A DNA stretch of 58,417 nucleotides, counting the filler, from Basidioascus undulatus (Eukaryota), in assembly GCA_000826855.1 (NCBI GenBank). It is 3 parts of 3 records of this genome, joined end to end, with 100 filler letters (N's around TTAATTAATTAA, not from the genome) between each part and the next. Parts side by side here need not be neighbours in the genome. Positions count along the whole stretch, not along the records: positions 28,173 to 58,417 come from JTLS01000113.1; 2 more parts are not named here. One strand, 5' to 3'. This document shows positions 40,611 through 54,906 of the stretch, one piece after another (the stretch's first letter is position 1; every line of letters begins with the position of its first letter). The translations under genes and the position numbers were made by a program. Under the pieces are notes generated by a model, which was not told the origin of the DNA, ran no database searches, and was given only the letters and a program-made list of their open reading frames with translations.

Positions 40611-42688
40611 ATGGCGTCCTCTATAGCATCGTGCCGCATAATTGCGAGCGCCCGCCGTTCGCACTTGCGGGCGTTGCCACAGGAAATCGTTGAAGTGCTG
40701 GGGCGGAGGCAAGGTGAGTACCAGGTCGATCGCCGAGCGAGGAAGACGCAGCCAGGAAATGCTTGAGATGGAGCAATAGACTCAGGAGCGCTGCTTGGTC
40801 TACGCTGATCATATAGTTCATAGAGTTCGAGCTGCCCTTTCAAGCGCCCCACCAGACTCGCACATACTGACAACCCTTCCCCGGTGTCCCGCCCAGCGTC
40901 CACCTCCTCGCCCACCCCCATCCGCCCTCTCCTCCGGTCCACGCACCAGTCATCCCCCACCGCCAAATACAACCTCCGCCTCGCGTCCCTTGCCGAATCC
41001 ACTTCCGGCCGGCCGTATCTCCCTCGCGCTGCGGCCGAGGACAACCTTACCAAGGCTTACAAGGTGTGCGCCGACATGAAGGCGTCTGGCGTCGAGCCCG
41101 ACCAGGAGACGTACAACGCGCTCCTAAAGCTCTGCGCGGCTGCGGAGCGCTGGGAGGACGCCAAGGGCGTCTGGCGCGATATGGAGCTTGGGAAGTTTGG
41201 GGGGTCGGGCGAGGCTTGGAACCACCTCATTGCTGTGCGTACACTTGCTTTCACTGTCTTTTTCGGGCGGGAGATGCTCACATCGAGATATGCGGGTGGG
41301 CTCATATAGGCCGCTGCAGGTGCTCGCGATCGCTCCCGTGTCGTTCCCGCTCTTCTCGCAGAGGCCCGGCGCTCCCGCCTCCCGCCTTCAGCGCCCGCGT
41401 TCGCCTCGGTCGTCATCGGCCATGCCCGGCGAGGCAACCTCGAGGGCGCGCTTCGCGTCCTGATCGAGCAAGATCGCGAGGGCGTCCAGCCCACGCTCGA
41501 GGCGATCGAGTCGGCCATCATCGCCGCTTCGAAGGCGGGCGAGGCGCGCATAGCGGTCGACCTGGCCAAGGAGTGGGAGCTTAACAACCCCCGGCGGCTG
41601 CCGGCCGAGGTCTGGATGGAGATTTTGCGGGGATGCGCGGAGGAGCAGTATGTGAGTGTCGAGAATGCGGTGCTGGTGGTGGAGGGGACGGAGGCTGATC
41701 GCTGTGCTTGGCCGGTTCTCAGCTGGAGGGCGTGGAGTACGCTTGGCGGATAGCTGTGCTCGACTCGGAGCTTCTTCCCGATGAGGGTCTGTGTTTGTCT
41801 GTCCTGCACGTCGCGGGGCGGCACGGCAAGCCCGACCTCGGCACGTCCGTCGTGAGCGTGCTGGGCTCGATGAACGTCACCTACCAGGAGCACCACCTCG
41901 CGCCGCTGCTGCAGGCGTTCGCGACGTCGGGTGACATCAAGGCTGCGTTCTCCGTGCTCTCCACCATGCGGGGCGCGCACATTCACCCGGCGCTCGAGAC
42001 GGCGTACCCGATCTTCACCGCGATCGCGGGGAGCGTGGAGGAGGTGGACGAGGCGTTCTACGTGCTCGAGCAGCTTAAAGCCGAGGGCGCCGTGATCGAC
42101 GTCGCAGCGTTCAACGCTGTCATCCAGGCGTGCGCGGCGCTCGAGGATCTGCACCGCGCGCTGCACACGTACAACGAGGCCGCCGCGCTCGGCGTCGTCC
42201 CCAACGCGGAGACGTACAACATCCTCCTCTCCGCGTGCATCGACGCCCGCAACCGCGACCTCGGCGACTCGCTCCTCTCCGAGATGAAGAAGCAGGGCAT
42301 CGCCTCGGACGCGCGCACGTTCGAGCGCCTCATCATCCTTTGCCTGACGCAGGACACGTACGAGGACGCGTTCTTCTTCCTCGAGGAGATGAAGTCTGCG
42401 GGGCACATCCCCCCGCGCACGGTGTACGAGGCCCTCGTGCGCAAGTGCCACGCGTCCGGTGACCCACGCGACAGGATCGCGCTCGATGAGATGCGCAGCG
42501 TCGGGTATCTTGTGCCTGAGTCGCTTGCCGGCCTCTTCCAGGACGTCAAGATCGAGGAGCGCACGAAGGACATCGGCACGTGGAACCGCGCGATGCACGG
42601 CTGGAGGGACGAGAAGAGGAGAGGGTGGAAGGGCGCCGACGGCCAGCGGACGGGCGCGAGGGGTCGCTTCGATGAGGCGCGAGCTTGA
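40611..42688 (+). CDS. Mitochondrial pentatricopeptide-repeat (PPR) protein
   Basis: Arg/Ser-rich presequence and PPR units MKASGVEPDQETYNALLKLCA, DVAAFNAVIQACA, GVVPNAETYNILLSAC, MKKQGIASDARTFERLI and MKSAGHIPPRTVYEALV. Three introns. Confidence 0.9.
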
Positions 42689-42886
42689 GGACGAGACGGA
42701 GCGTCGCATTGCATGCATCACTTCAAATAATGACTGCCTGTGTACTTGTTTGGTTGCAATGCAATTCACTATCATTTTGCTGGCTATGGAAGTTTGGCGA
42801 CCCAGGGCGGCTCAGCCGGCCCTGAAGCCAGAGGTACAGCGTCGCCTCGCCCTCCTCTTTCACTTCTACCTCATCCATTTCACTCC

Positions 42887-43772
42887 ATGTTCTTTCAAAC
42901 ACTCCTCACCTTACTCTCACTAAACCTTCTAACACTAACACTCCGAATACTCTACCTCCTTCGATCGCCCGCCGCCCCGTCGCGCCCGCGCAAGGATAGC
43001 GAGACGTGCTCGCTCGCAGTCTTCCTGGGGTCGGGTTCGTTCCGTGTCATGACCTGAATTCGATCGTTTTCCACTTTTCTGACGAGTACGATATGGTTTG
43101 GTTGGCAGGAGGCCACACGACCGAGATGCTGCTGATGCTCTCCGCTCTTCCCTTCGACCGCTACACGCCGCGGATGTACTTCATCTCGTCCGGCGACACG
43201 CTGAGCCTGGACAAGGCGTTCGCGCTCGAGCGCGAGAAGGGCGGGGCAGGCGACGTACGTGTTCTCGGCACGCACATCCTTGCAGCACAGCATCCGAAGA
43301 CGAGATGACCCACCAGTTCCGCTTCATCCGCCTCCCCCGCGCGCGCGAGGTCCACCAACCGTTGCATACCACGCCCCTCAGCGCATCGCTCACGCTCCTC
43401 TCCGCGCTCCGACACTTCTATCCCCTGAGCGCACGCCCGGCCGCGGATGTCCTGCTCCTCAATGGACCCGGGACGGGCGTTGTGCTCGTGCTGGCAGTGT
43501 GGATCGCCAAGGCAAGTTTACGCTCACCCCTAATCCATCATTACTGGCTCTTTGCAGTGAAACATTTTGTTTAGACGCTCACTGGTGGGCACTTGGAACA
43601 GGTCCTCGGTAAGCCACACCCCCGCATCATCTACGTCGAGTCGTGGGCGCGCGTGCGCACGCTCAGCTTGAGCGGGAGAATGCTTAAGCCGCTGGTGGAT
43701 ACGTTCGTGACGCAGTGGCCAGAAAAGGATGGGGTGACGGGTGGCGAGGTGGAAAAGGGGTGGTTCGTATAG
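42887..43772 (+). CDS. ALG14: UDP-N-acetylglucosamine transferase subunit ALG14
   Basis: N-terminal TM, VFLGSGGHTTEM, SSGDTLS, LPRAREVHQP, DVLLLNGPGT and IIYVESWARVRTLSLSGRML...FVTQWP. Confidence 0.95.
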
Positions 43773-45495
43773 ATCAAGACTTCCGCGCGACGGCTTCGCA
43801 CCGCTTCAAGCTTGTCCGCGCTCCGCATTTTCGGTACACGACTGAAATTCAATGTCGCGCCGCCCGGGCCCGCTGCGGACATCGTCGTGGAACTTAGCCA
43901 AAACACAACATCACTGATCCCTGCCCGTCTGTCGTCCCTGCATTAATATTGTACTTTGACAGTCGGGCAACGTGCCACGACCCGTCGCGCTACGGCTTGA
44001 CTTGACTTGCTCTCCACTCCTTCCCTTCCCTCCGTCCCACGCAATTAGGACAAGCGCAGATGTGAATGCTACCTATTCTCGATCTCTCGGTTGATGTCAG
44101 CCGCACGCCGCACACAAAACACTGCCATCCCCTACCTCCTACCCAGGCTGCAGCTAGCGCTCTCGGCCTAACGTGGATGGAGGTTCTCGAAAGTCCTCCG
44201 GGGACACTGAAAATGTGTCAAAACCTTCCAGATGCACTCCAGGCCAGTAACTTACAAGGCACGCCGACAGCTGTGAACTTCTTCTCAAGGCTTCCGTTAC
44301 TAGAATGGAGTTCCACAGCCTGATGAGGAGAGCCCCATGAGTCCTTGACCCTATATCAACAAATGCACACTTGCCGCACTGATCATACCCATTCAGAGTG
44401 GCATAGGTAGGAAGTGTTTTGCTCCAGCTTCGCTTTCATCCACAGAACAGGTACTCGTGACTTTTCCAGCAGCTATCTACAGGGGATGTTGCTTATTTTC
44501 TGCTCTAAAAGGTTCCGGCGGGTATCTCGGCTGGAGTGATGAGAAAATGGAGCCTTACGCCAAGCCTGCCACTGAACGACTTGAAGCTGGGACCTCCCGC
44601 AGTCCAGGTAAGCGCGAGGCGACGAGGTAGTGGTTGCCTGGCCCTTGTCATCGAGGAAGAAGACGCCTTCCCCCGGAGACTTCCTGGACAGGCCCCTGTG
44701 GGGTTCTTCCCGAGGAAACACCGATGGTGGAGGTTGCTGCTCCTCTGAGCAGTGAGAACGCCTTCTCGCTCGCAACGCTGGCGAGAACATTTTCAACCGA
44801 TTATCCCCCTAGCCACAGTGCGCACCATGCCTCGTGGTGCAGCATGTATCTGACTGAACTAGTTTCGAGATACTCTAATGTTTGTCATCAACCACGGCCT
44901 GCGACTTCTCCGATCCTCAGATAAGTCAGGCACATTGTCGTCTCGTGAGCAGGCAGCTAACTGTGCACGATTATGCACGTGTGTCGCCACCACAGGCTTA
45001 CACCATATGGGCAGACTGGTTCCAGTGTATCCAAGAGCCATAAACGTAGGCCCTGAGCTAAAGACTGCTTGCTGTGAATGCAGGCAGAGGTAAAGCAGGA
45101 TTTCCTGCGTGCAGCTTGCGGACAACGCACTCGCACCTGCTAAGGTGCAGACCTCACTGGTCCAGTCCAATTCGATACGAATGGTAGATATTTGCTAGTG
45201 GTGATACTTGCCGTTTAATAGTAGCAGAGCACAATAACTTGCGAATGTCGCTCATCGCTGATTGATTGCGTCAATAACGCTGGCGGGCACGGAGGTTCGC
45301 TAATGCGAAAGCTGGAAAGCCAAGAGAGGCCAAAAGTGGTAAGGCGCTATCTCTGTTTGTTCATTTCACCCTTACCTAGCCGGTTATCGACTCCTGATCC
45401 CGGCGTCTAGAGGAAGGTGCCCTGAAGTCCATACAGCTTTCCTGCGACGTTGATCGACTTGGTTCTTCATCGTCACCCCCTGACCTTACCCCAAC

Positions 45496-47569
45496 ATGTC
45501 CGCAAATGCAACACTACTGACAGAAAGCCAAGAACGGGATCTGGGTGAGTGCCTGCCTTTCGGTGCGTTCTCCGATTTGGCATAAACAGGTTACTCACGG
45601 TACTCGAAGGGTAGATGCCTGGTTCGCCGTTCAATTTGTCTCCCTAGGCATCTGGTAAGGAGCCCATGTTGTTATGGATGATCCCGATGGCCGCTCATTC
45701 CGCAGATGTATAGGTTTTGGGAGCTCTGCCAACCGCCGAGTAAGCCCACTTCCTTCTTTCCAGGAGGAATTAGCACAGCTGGATAATTGATGAGCTTTTA
45801 CATTTCCATGGTAGATATCTTCTGGGCCGTCGTTTGCGGTCGGCTAAAATGTACGCTCATCCAACTCATGTCGGCGCAGCGGCCCTGCCGCCATCTGACT
45901 GTGATGAGCCTCGCCAGGGCGCTGGACTATGCTCAATTACTTTGCTGGACGCGTCTTGACCTCAATCTTTTTGGCGGTGGTCATATTTCAGTCCCACCCA
46001 GGGAATAAGGTGAATTTGCGCTCAAAAATCGTGTCCTGTTCGCGTCCGTTGAAGATTGACCGTTCCGAACAGGTCGACTGCCAGGCAGTTATGGTAACAT
46101 GCCTAGTCCGTTTGGCCACTCTCAAGCTCCTGGGATAATACTCATTGCGTATTTGTACAGGTGTGCATAGCCATTGCTATCGGCCTGGCTTCGGCCAGTC
46201 TCATGATGAGGTGAGCGATTCGCGCAGCCGGACTTGGGTCCGGTTCGTCGTTCAAGCCTCACCGTTTCTCTTCCTACTCCGGCAGGACTGTTGCGGTGGT
46301 AAGTTGGCGCCGGGTATCCGAATCTGGGAGTAATTCTGACTGGTACTACAGTGGAACAAAAACCCTTTCATCAGCTGAGTCCCTCTCTAACCATCATCCA
46401 AAGTCGCATTGCGCTGATGAGGCTATACAGTTGCTTTCTGCGTCGCGGCATTCGTAACTCAAGTTACGGTTGCCCTTGCTGGTGAGCACCATCCCCGGGA
46501 TGGCCCCCAAATAGCTAGCTTATCCCGAGCTCAGGAAACGTCGACCGGAAGGCCGCGTACAGCCCCGAACTCAAGACCTGCATGATTGTGTCCACAGGCT
46601 CAAATCTCCTGATTGTCTCTTGTTTCCTCAGTATGTCCGCCTTCATCATCAATACTATCAGTGTCTGATGTGACTTACGAGAACATGACAGCGGTGTTCG
46701 TCGACGGCATGGTCCTGCTTCTTACACTTTATAGGATTGTCAAGCTCCGCCGCGACGCTGGCAGCTCGTTTGGGATCACCCGCGTCCTCATCTCCGACGG
46801 CATCCTCTACTTTGCCGTCTCCTTCTGCTGGGTCTTGGCGGTGGGAATCGTCAACGCGGCCGACCTGCCGCTTATTTACGACTGTGAGCTTGCCTCTCTT
46901 CGGTAACGGGCAAAGAATACGAACGGCTAACACTTCCCATGTGCTTCTTTCAGTCATGTTGACAGTACGTCTGGTGGAGTTTAGAGTAATGGTGAAGGCT
47001 GTTAAAGCTCATGAGGAAACCCTTAACAGCCCCTGACGCTCGTCTTCTGGTACGCCTCTATGGCAAACCCGCTGCGCCTCAGAACGCTGACGCAAGCTCG
47101 TTACAGTCAAATGATGAGCGGCCGCGTGTAAGCTGGCCATTCCTCTCTTCCATTTACCGAGCGCACGCTCAATTCCAGACTGTCAGCTACATAAACCTTC
47201 TCAACTACGGCAGTGCAAGTGAGCATGGCTCATCGCCCAGTCGTCACCGTGACCGGTCACCTAGCGTCATCCTGTACGCCTTTTTGCGGTCGTCCCAATG
47301 AAAGTTGGAAGCTTACACAGAGCCTATCCTGTTTGTTCCAGCCCCGGGATGGGCCGTCGCGAGCAGTCGCATGTCGTCTTGGATGACCTCGAGGCTGGTC
47401 GAAGCCGCAGCACCTTGGGTGGGATCGCGCCTTCGAACGGGTGCGTATCGCTTGGTCGAATCTGCAGAGCGAAGGCGCTTATCCTTTCCGTATCCGGAGG
47501 ACTAGCATCATCGTGACCACGGTCTCTTTCACTGCCGTCGACGAGTACGACAAGGCCGGGAAGGCATGA
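45496..47569 (+). CDS. Intron-rich multi-pass membrane protein (DUF6533-like / basidiomycete 7TM-like family)
   Basis: Short exons give GIWFWE, WRWTMLNYFAGR, VDCQA, ASLMMRTVAVWNKN and DGMVLLLTLYRI...RVLISDGILYF. The 3' exons are approximate. Confidence 0.6.
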
Positions 47570-48047
47570 CAGCCGCTCTCTTGCGCACGCCGCCCTTCTC
47601 CCCGAATACCAAAGACACACTCCTTTAATTCCGGACACTCGAATGGAGACACGTTCTTTACCTTTGCCCTTTGCACGCCCCCACGGACCTACCTACACTC
47701 GTTAATCCATAGAGCTCTACTGTAATACTGTTCCTCACTCCCGCAACCTTAATCTACTATAGCTTCCTAAGTAACTTAAAAGTAATTGATAGAAGCGAGC
47801 AGGGTTCTTGTATCTACAGCGCCGATTCGGATTCAGTAACTGCATAGCCGGCGTGTTTGAAAAATTGCGATGCAAAGGCGTGACTGACGCTTGTGCCGAG
47901 AACACAAGACTAGCGGAAATGAGCGATGAGAAAGTCAGGACGACGGTTAAGCACACAAGGATACAGGGCCATTGCCTGGTCTGAATCACCAAATGTCCCA
48001 GTGGGTCTCATAGCAGTGCGCTGTTTGTCAAGCTCCTGAAACCAAGT

Positions 48048-48575
48048 TAGGGATCCAGGAATAATGAATACTTTTGGACAATATTCGTATTCTATTCCTC
48101 GTCTAGATTAGAATACAGCTTTTACAGTATTCCAAGGACCAGATTAAAAAACAGAAGGCAGAATAAAATAAATCCTTGAAAATATTCAGATTTATTCTGT
48201 ATTCCACAGCAGCAAAAGCATGCTGGCAAACAAGAACAGTGTTGATCCTACAGGCACATCAGTGCTCTATGCCCTAGGTAAATCATTTCCCTCTCAGAGA
48301 TCCTGAACTTCATGTACAGGCAGATGGGGATGATTTTTTGTAGCTGTCTGTCAGTGACACATGACAGCTGTTGTACGGACAAGACCAGCTGACCACGTTC
48401 AGACATCTTTCAACTGCCTTTCAGACTTCTCACCTTCTCCAGATACTGTCCAGTTCCTCCATGAACCTCAAGGAACCATAGACACTGCATGGGAGCCCTG
48501 CAAAGCACAAAATTCAGCAGGGCCTGGAATAAAGAATATAATCAGAATATAATCAGTATTCCGCTGTAGAATAGG
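48048..48575. mobile_element. AT-rich, CpG-poor relic with hAT/MITE-like termini
   Basis: TAGGGATCCAGGAATAATGAATA (48048) and CAGGGCCTGGAATAAAGAATA (48518), with many GAATA/TATTC subterminal-type motifs. Very few CG dinucleotides compared with the flanks. Confidence 0.45.
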
Positions 48576-48860
48576 TTTTGGCACTGCCTCCAAGTCTTTG
48601 GCTGCATCCGCTCCCCATCAGGACGCAGGGCTTCAACGTACGTCTCTTCTCTCGCCTGCTGGATATGTTCATCCAATACACGCATCTGACACCAAAATCC
48701 CATGGATATAACCGGTAGGTTCCCCCGACCTTCCCATACACCGAAGCTTAAAAATCGCTACCACACAACTGTCCCTAGCGTCCAACCCATGGCACCGTCC
48801 TGCATCCTTCCTTCCACGCATCCAGCCCTGCCTCGGAGAACTAGCCCGCGCCCCACCGGC

Positions 48861-50583
48861 TCAATGCGCCTTTCCCGGCACAATAGGGTGGGACGCGGAA
48901 AGTCCACCATCCACTGAGTCCGCGCAGCGCAATATCAGCTACCTCGGTAGGTCCTACGAAAGGCAGCTGAAAGGAGACGCACCAGGAATGTGTGCGCCGT
49001 TCACGTAAGATGCCTCGTCTGCAATAAGCCCAATGCGTCAGCGCTTCTGTGCCACGGCAGCCTGCAGGCCAGAATGTCCGGAGCACACGCACCGGAGGCG
49101 AGGAAGAGCGCGACGCTTGCGATTTCTGCGATGCGGAACCCGAGCATCAGCGACGAAGACCTCCTGAGGCTTCAGGGGAGAGAATGCTCACCATCCGCAA
49201 CGCCATACCGCCTCAACGGGTTGAGCTGCCCGATCTTGGACTCTCTCCCGCGTGCGCGCGCAGCGTCGAACGTGAGCTGGGTCATGCCCGTCTCGATCAC
49301 TGTCCCACCACCGCCGCCGTCTCGTGAGCCAGAGTCGAGAGAGGTAGAAAGGTAAGAGAAGGAAGGGGACTCGGGGACGGACGGCCGGGACAGAGGGCGT
49401 TCACGCGGATGTTCGTGCCGCTGAGCTGGTAGGACGAGGTCTGGGCGAGGTTGATCACTCTGATGCGAGCGACAGAAAGAGTCAGTAGCGAAGATCATGG
49501 GCGCTGCGGAGAAGAGTGAAGAGACCCACGCTGCTTTTGATGCGGAGTACTGATCCGTGCAGGCGGGTGAATATCCCACTCAAGCTTCTGGAAGGAGGAG
49601 GGGCGAGCACACTCACGTCCGACATGCCAGCACCCGAGCGGAGGCCGGCAACTGTCGCGCGCCCAGTCAGGATATGGGCAACGACAGCTCGGGTGGAAAG
49701 GGAAGAAGCGAGCACAGACCCGAAGCAGTAAGGATGATGCTCCCCCCCGACAGCTCCTTCCCCTTCGCCGGGTCGGCATGCTTCATAGCAGTCGACGCGT
49801 GCTTGACAGCGAGGAAACACCTACCCCACCCCACCGATACCCATCACCCGCATCAGTCCAAATGCCCCTCCCAAAAATATAAAGAAAGACCCCCGAACGC
49901 ACGACAGCGTGTTCACCCTCAAAATGTCCATGAACGTGTCCGGCTCGATCTGGTGCAGAGGGAGCGGGTGGGCGACGCCGGCCTGTCCATCGCCCGCCCC
50001 TCCTCCATCTTCAGCAACCCGCATCTAAAATGAATAGGAGAAGAAGGACCCAAACGCACATTGGCGAAAAATACGTCCAGCCGCCCCTCCTCCCTCAGCG
50101 CGCGCTCGCACATCTCTCGCACGAGCTCCTCGTCCGCCGCGTCCCCTTGGAAGGTCGTCACCTGTCCCCTCGCATCCCCGCACCTCTCATCAGCTTTTCC
50201 TTACAAGAGAAGGGGGTGGAGAGCGCACCTTGATGTCCGCGTACTTCCCCCGAATGTCCTGCTCCAGCTCCGGCAAGTTCTCCACGTTAAAGTCAAGGAG
50301 GTACAAGTGCCTCGCGCCCTCATGCGCGAACTGGAGGGCCGCCGCGCGTCTGTCATCCCCCTTACACAGTTCAGCCTCCCTCCTCTCCTCTCCAAAAAAA
50401 TGAACCTCAAGAGCACCCGATACCAGCTTTGGACCCCACCCCCGTAACGATGCAGACCTTCCCCTGCAGGCGTCCGCTGCGCGGGCGGGCCGCGAGGTGC
50501 GCCTGCACGGCGCGAAGGCGCGACGCCGTCGCGGCGTAGGCGTCTTTGGCTGCAGAACTGGCTTTGCGGGCGGCGTCGGACAT
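48861..50583 (-). CDS. Classical short-chain dehydrogenase/reductase with N-terminal PTS2-like motif
   Basis: LQGKVCIVTGVGSKAGIG, LDVFFANAG, GSIILTASVAG, catalytic YSASK, IRVNALCPGVIETGM and ASYVNG...VDGGLS. Confidence 0.93.
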
Positions 50584-51222
50584 TTTATGGGTGTTTGGGA
50601 TGCAAAAGGGAGGAAGGGAGAGCGAGAACGAGAGGAGAGTGGATCTCGAGGTACGATACGAAGGGGAATGCGAGAGCCGGCTCGGCTACGTTGTGTGCCG
50701 AAGGGGAGAGTCCAGTCCGCGGTCTGCCCGCGCTGCAACAGGTCGCCTGACTTTCAACTCGGCAAATGTCACACGCACACGACGAAAAGACAGCCTTGGG
50801 ACAGCCAGGAACTCGTGTGCATGAGCGGGTGTATGTGCAGAAAAAAAAGAGCAGAACAGAGGAGAGCTGAGAAAAGTAAAAGTAAAGACCAAGAGAGAGA
50901 GCAAGAGAGCGGGAGGCAAGTATCGCGTATGGAGAGCAGAAGAAGACATCGCATGGAAGGTTGGAAGGGGCAATAGGCGAGGAGGGAGGAAAGGCGGGGA
51001 TACGTGCGGGAGAAGGCGGGAGGGAATAGGCGAGGCATTACATGGGTGGGTGTCCCGGGGTTGGAACGGGGAGGGGTATCTGGGGGTGGTGGAAGGGAAC
51101 GCAGTGTGGGTGATTGGGCGCGGGCGGATCGAAATGGGGGAGAAGGGGGAAGGCGGAAGGGAGGGCGAAGGTGAAGGGGAAGGGAAGAGCGTGAGGGTGA
51201 GGGTGAGGACAGGGGGAAGCGC

Positions 51223-52580
<1,358 letters not shown>

Positions 52581-53109
52581 TTGCTTCGAGTGCACGTGTG
52601 AGTGTAAAGTCGGTTGGCGGAAAGTGGGAAGGCGGGATTAAGGGCGGAGCAAAGTCGTCAAAGTCGCGTTAGAGTTTTGTATCGAAGAATTAACGAGCGT
52701 CAGGCGGGCGAGAGGAGAAAGGGGCGTATAGGCCGGTGAGGATGAGGAGGAGGGTGTGGGCAGCAGGCAACAGAGAACGAGCGAGCGAGCGGGAGAGGAG
52801 CGTGCGCGACCGAGCGCGCAACGGCGCCGTCCGGGTCCGACGCGACTGAGTCCTTTGTGTTTTCAGGCTGCAGGCTCTGCTCGTCAAGAATGGTGGGGAA
52901 CAAGGCTCTTCACGATAAATCCCGACATTTAGCGAGACATTTTGTTTGCAACTTGAGATCATTAAAAAAGCACTCGCACCACGAATTGAGCACTTGGGCC
53001 AACGGCTAAGCGCGGCGCATCGAAAAATGAATGGAAAGCATATAAAACCTACAGAAAAGGTATGGTTGCCATAATCTTCGGTCACCAACAGGTATGCCCC
53101 CCACAGCGT

Positions 53110-54473
53110 TCAAAACTCGAGCACCACCACCTCCCCGTCCTCGTCCGGCCGCCCGACCTTCACCTCCGCCCTCTTCCTCGTACAGTCCATCACAATACAA
53201 AATAGGGTATCGCTCTGTCACCTCCTCCTGCGTCAGCACTTCCTCCTTTCCTCCCACAACCCAGCAAGCAGCGACGTACCCCTCCCTCCCTGTCCCCATC
53301 GGCCCTACAAATCCCCGTCCTCCCCCCCTTCCGATCACTCAGCACCCTCCTGACCCCCTCGACACTAGGGTCCTGCCCCACCGCCTCCCAACTGAGTTCC
53401 CTAACCCTCTCCAGCCTCGGCCCACTATCCTCCCAAAGCGGGCGCTCCCCGCTCTGCTCCTTCAGCTCCTGGGTCAGAAGGTGGTTCGTATGGTGTACCA
53501 TCCCCCTCTCATCAGGCTCGAGGAAGGCGAAGCCCTGGGGCGTGCACTCTACGCCGACTGCCCCGTCGGGGGAGGCGATGAGGATGTGCGCGGCGGAGGC
53601 GAGGCCGGGGAGGGAGGATATGAGGGCGCGCGCGGAGGAGAACGTTGGTTGCTGGAGGAGGAGGCGTAGGAAGAGGTGGATTGGCGGGAGGGTAGGGGAG
53701 AGCGAGGGGGTGCGGAGCGCGTTGAGCGTTAGGGAGAGGCCGTGCTCATTTAGCTGTTGGGCGCGAACAAGTCAGCAGAAAACTGTGGGGGCGGGGTGAG
53801 ATGGGAACACACCCCGATCTTTCCTATGATGCCAGCTTCGGTGACTGAGAGAAGAGCGTAACGTGAGCGTTGCCGGCAAAGCGAGGCAGTCTAAAAGCGA
53901 CGCACCGAACTTCATCGCGGGCCTTTCGCCGTGCGCAGCGATGTCAAGCACGATCAGGCTGTCCTTGATCGCAGGCTTCCAGTCCCAGTTCCTAGCAAAC
54001 CTCCAGATCAGCAACCTTGCCCGGTTGTCAGAGAAAGCCGTCTTCGAAACACTCACTGCGCCAACCACTGCTCCCCGCCCATCTTCCACGAGAACGCGGT
54101 ACACCCATCCATCGGGGCAGTCAGGGCAATCCTTTTCCCTCATCCCTCCAATCAGCACCTCCATCCCCTTCCCCTCCCCCCTCTCCTTCACTCACTCGCT
54201 CCGACAATTCAGCGCTACGATCTCTGTCACCTCCACGCCCGCGCCCTCCGCGACGCCCCTCATCTCATCAACCAGCTCCGGATACGTCTCCGCCAGCGAG
54301 CGCTCGAACTCCTCTGCGAGCTTGAGCACCCGGTCCCAGGAGAGCCCTGCCATGGAGTGGAAGAGAGCGCGGTAGGTCTGCAGGGAGTTGGAGATTTGCG
54401 AGCGGGCGAGACGCCCGTGCGTGTACCCTACTGTGAGGGCGGGGCCGGAGCAGGAGATGATGGGGAGGGTCAT
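53110..54473 (-). CDS. Peptidase C45 / acyl-CoA:6-APA acyltransferase-like Ntn hydrolase
   Basis: GYTHG, EMRGVAEGAG...IVALNCRSE, DGCT cleavage site, AQNWDW, TEAGIIGKIG, LNEHG, HTNHLL, DSxxRLER and TLFCIVMD. Confidence 0.9.
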
Positions 54474-54906
54474 GGGGGGTGGGGTTGGGGGTATGGTGAT
54501 GGTGATGGTAGTGTGAGAGGTAAAGGGGTGAAAACGCAACCGAAGGGAGAAATATACATATGGGCAAGGCGGGGTACCGCAACGCTCACGCGACGGCTCA
54601 CGTGGCGATAGCCGTTAGCCGGCAGGCGTCCCGAGGCAGAGCCGAGGTGTCGATAAGGATGAGGAGAGCAGATAGCATCCCTCTCGAAAACTTTGAACAG
54701 CGCTCAACGAAGGGGAAGAGCGGCAATCAAGCGAAGGCATTGTAATATCATGAGAAGTCCATCTTAGTCGGGCGAGAGCCGGGTGAAGATACGAAAACTT
54801 CGTGCATTGTACAGTACGACAATGCGATAGCAAGAAGCAGTACAAGCACCATAAACCCAAGAAGCAGCCTCAACCCACCCACGTCTGGCACCTCTGGCAA
54901 CCAACA

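Noticed and set aside
41057..42775. 572-aa minus-strand ORF
   Set aside because: Antisense shadow of the GC-rich PPR gene, with no motifs of its own.
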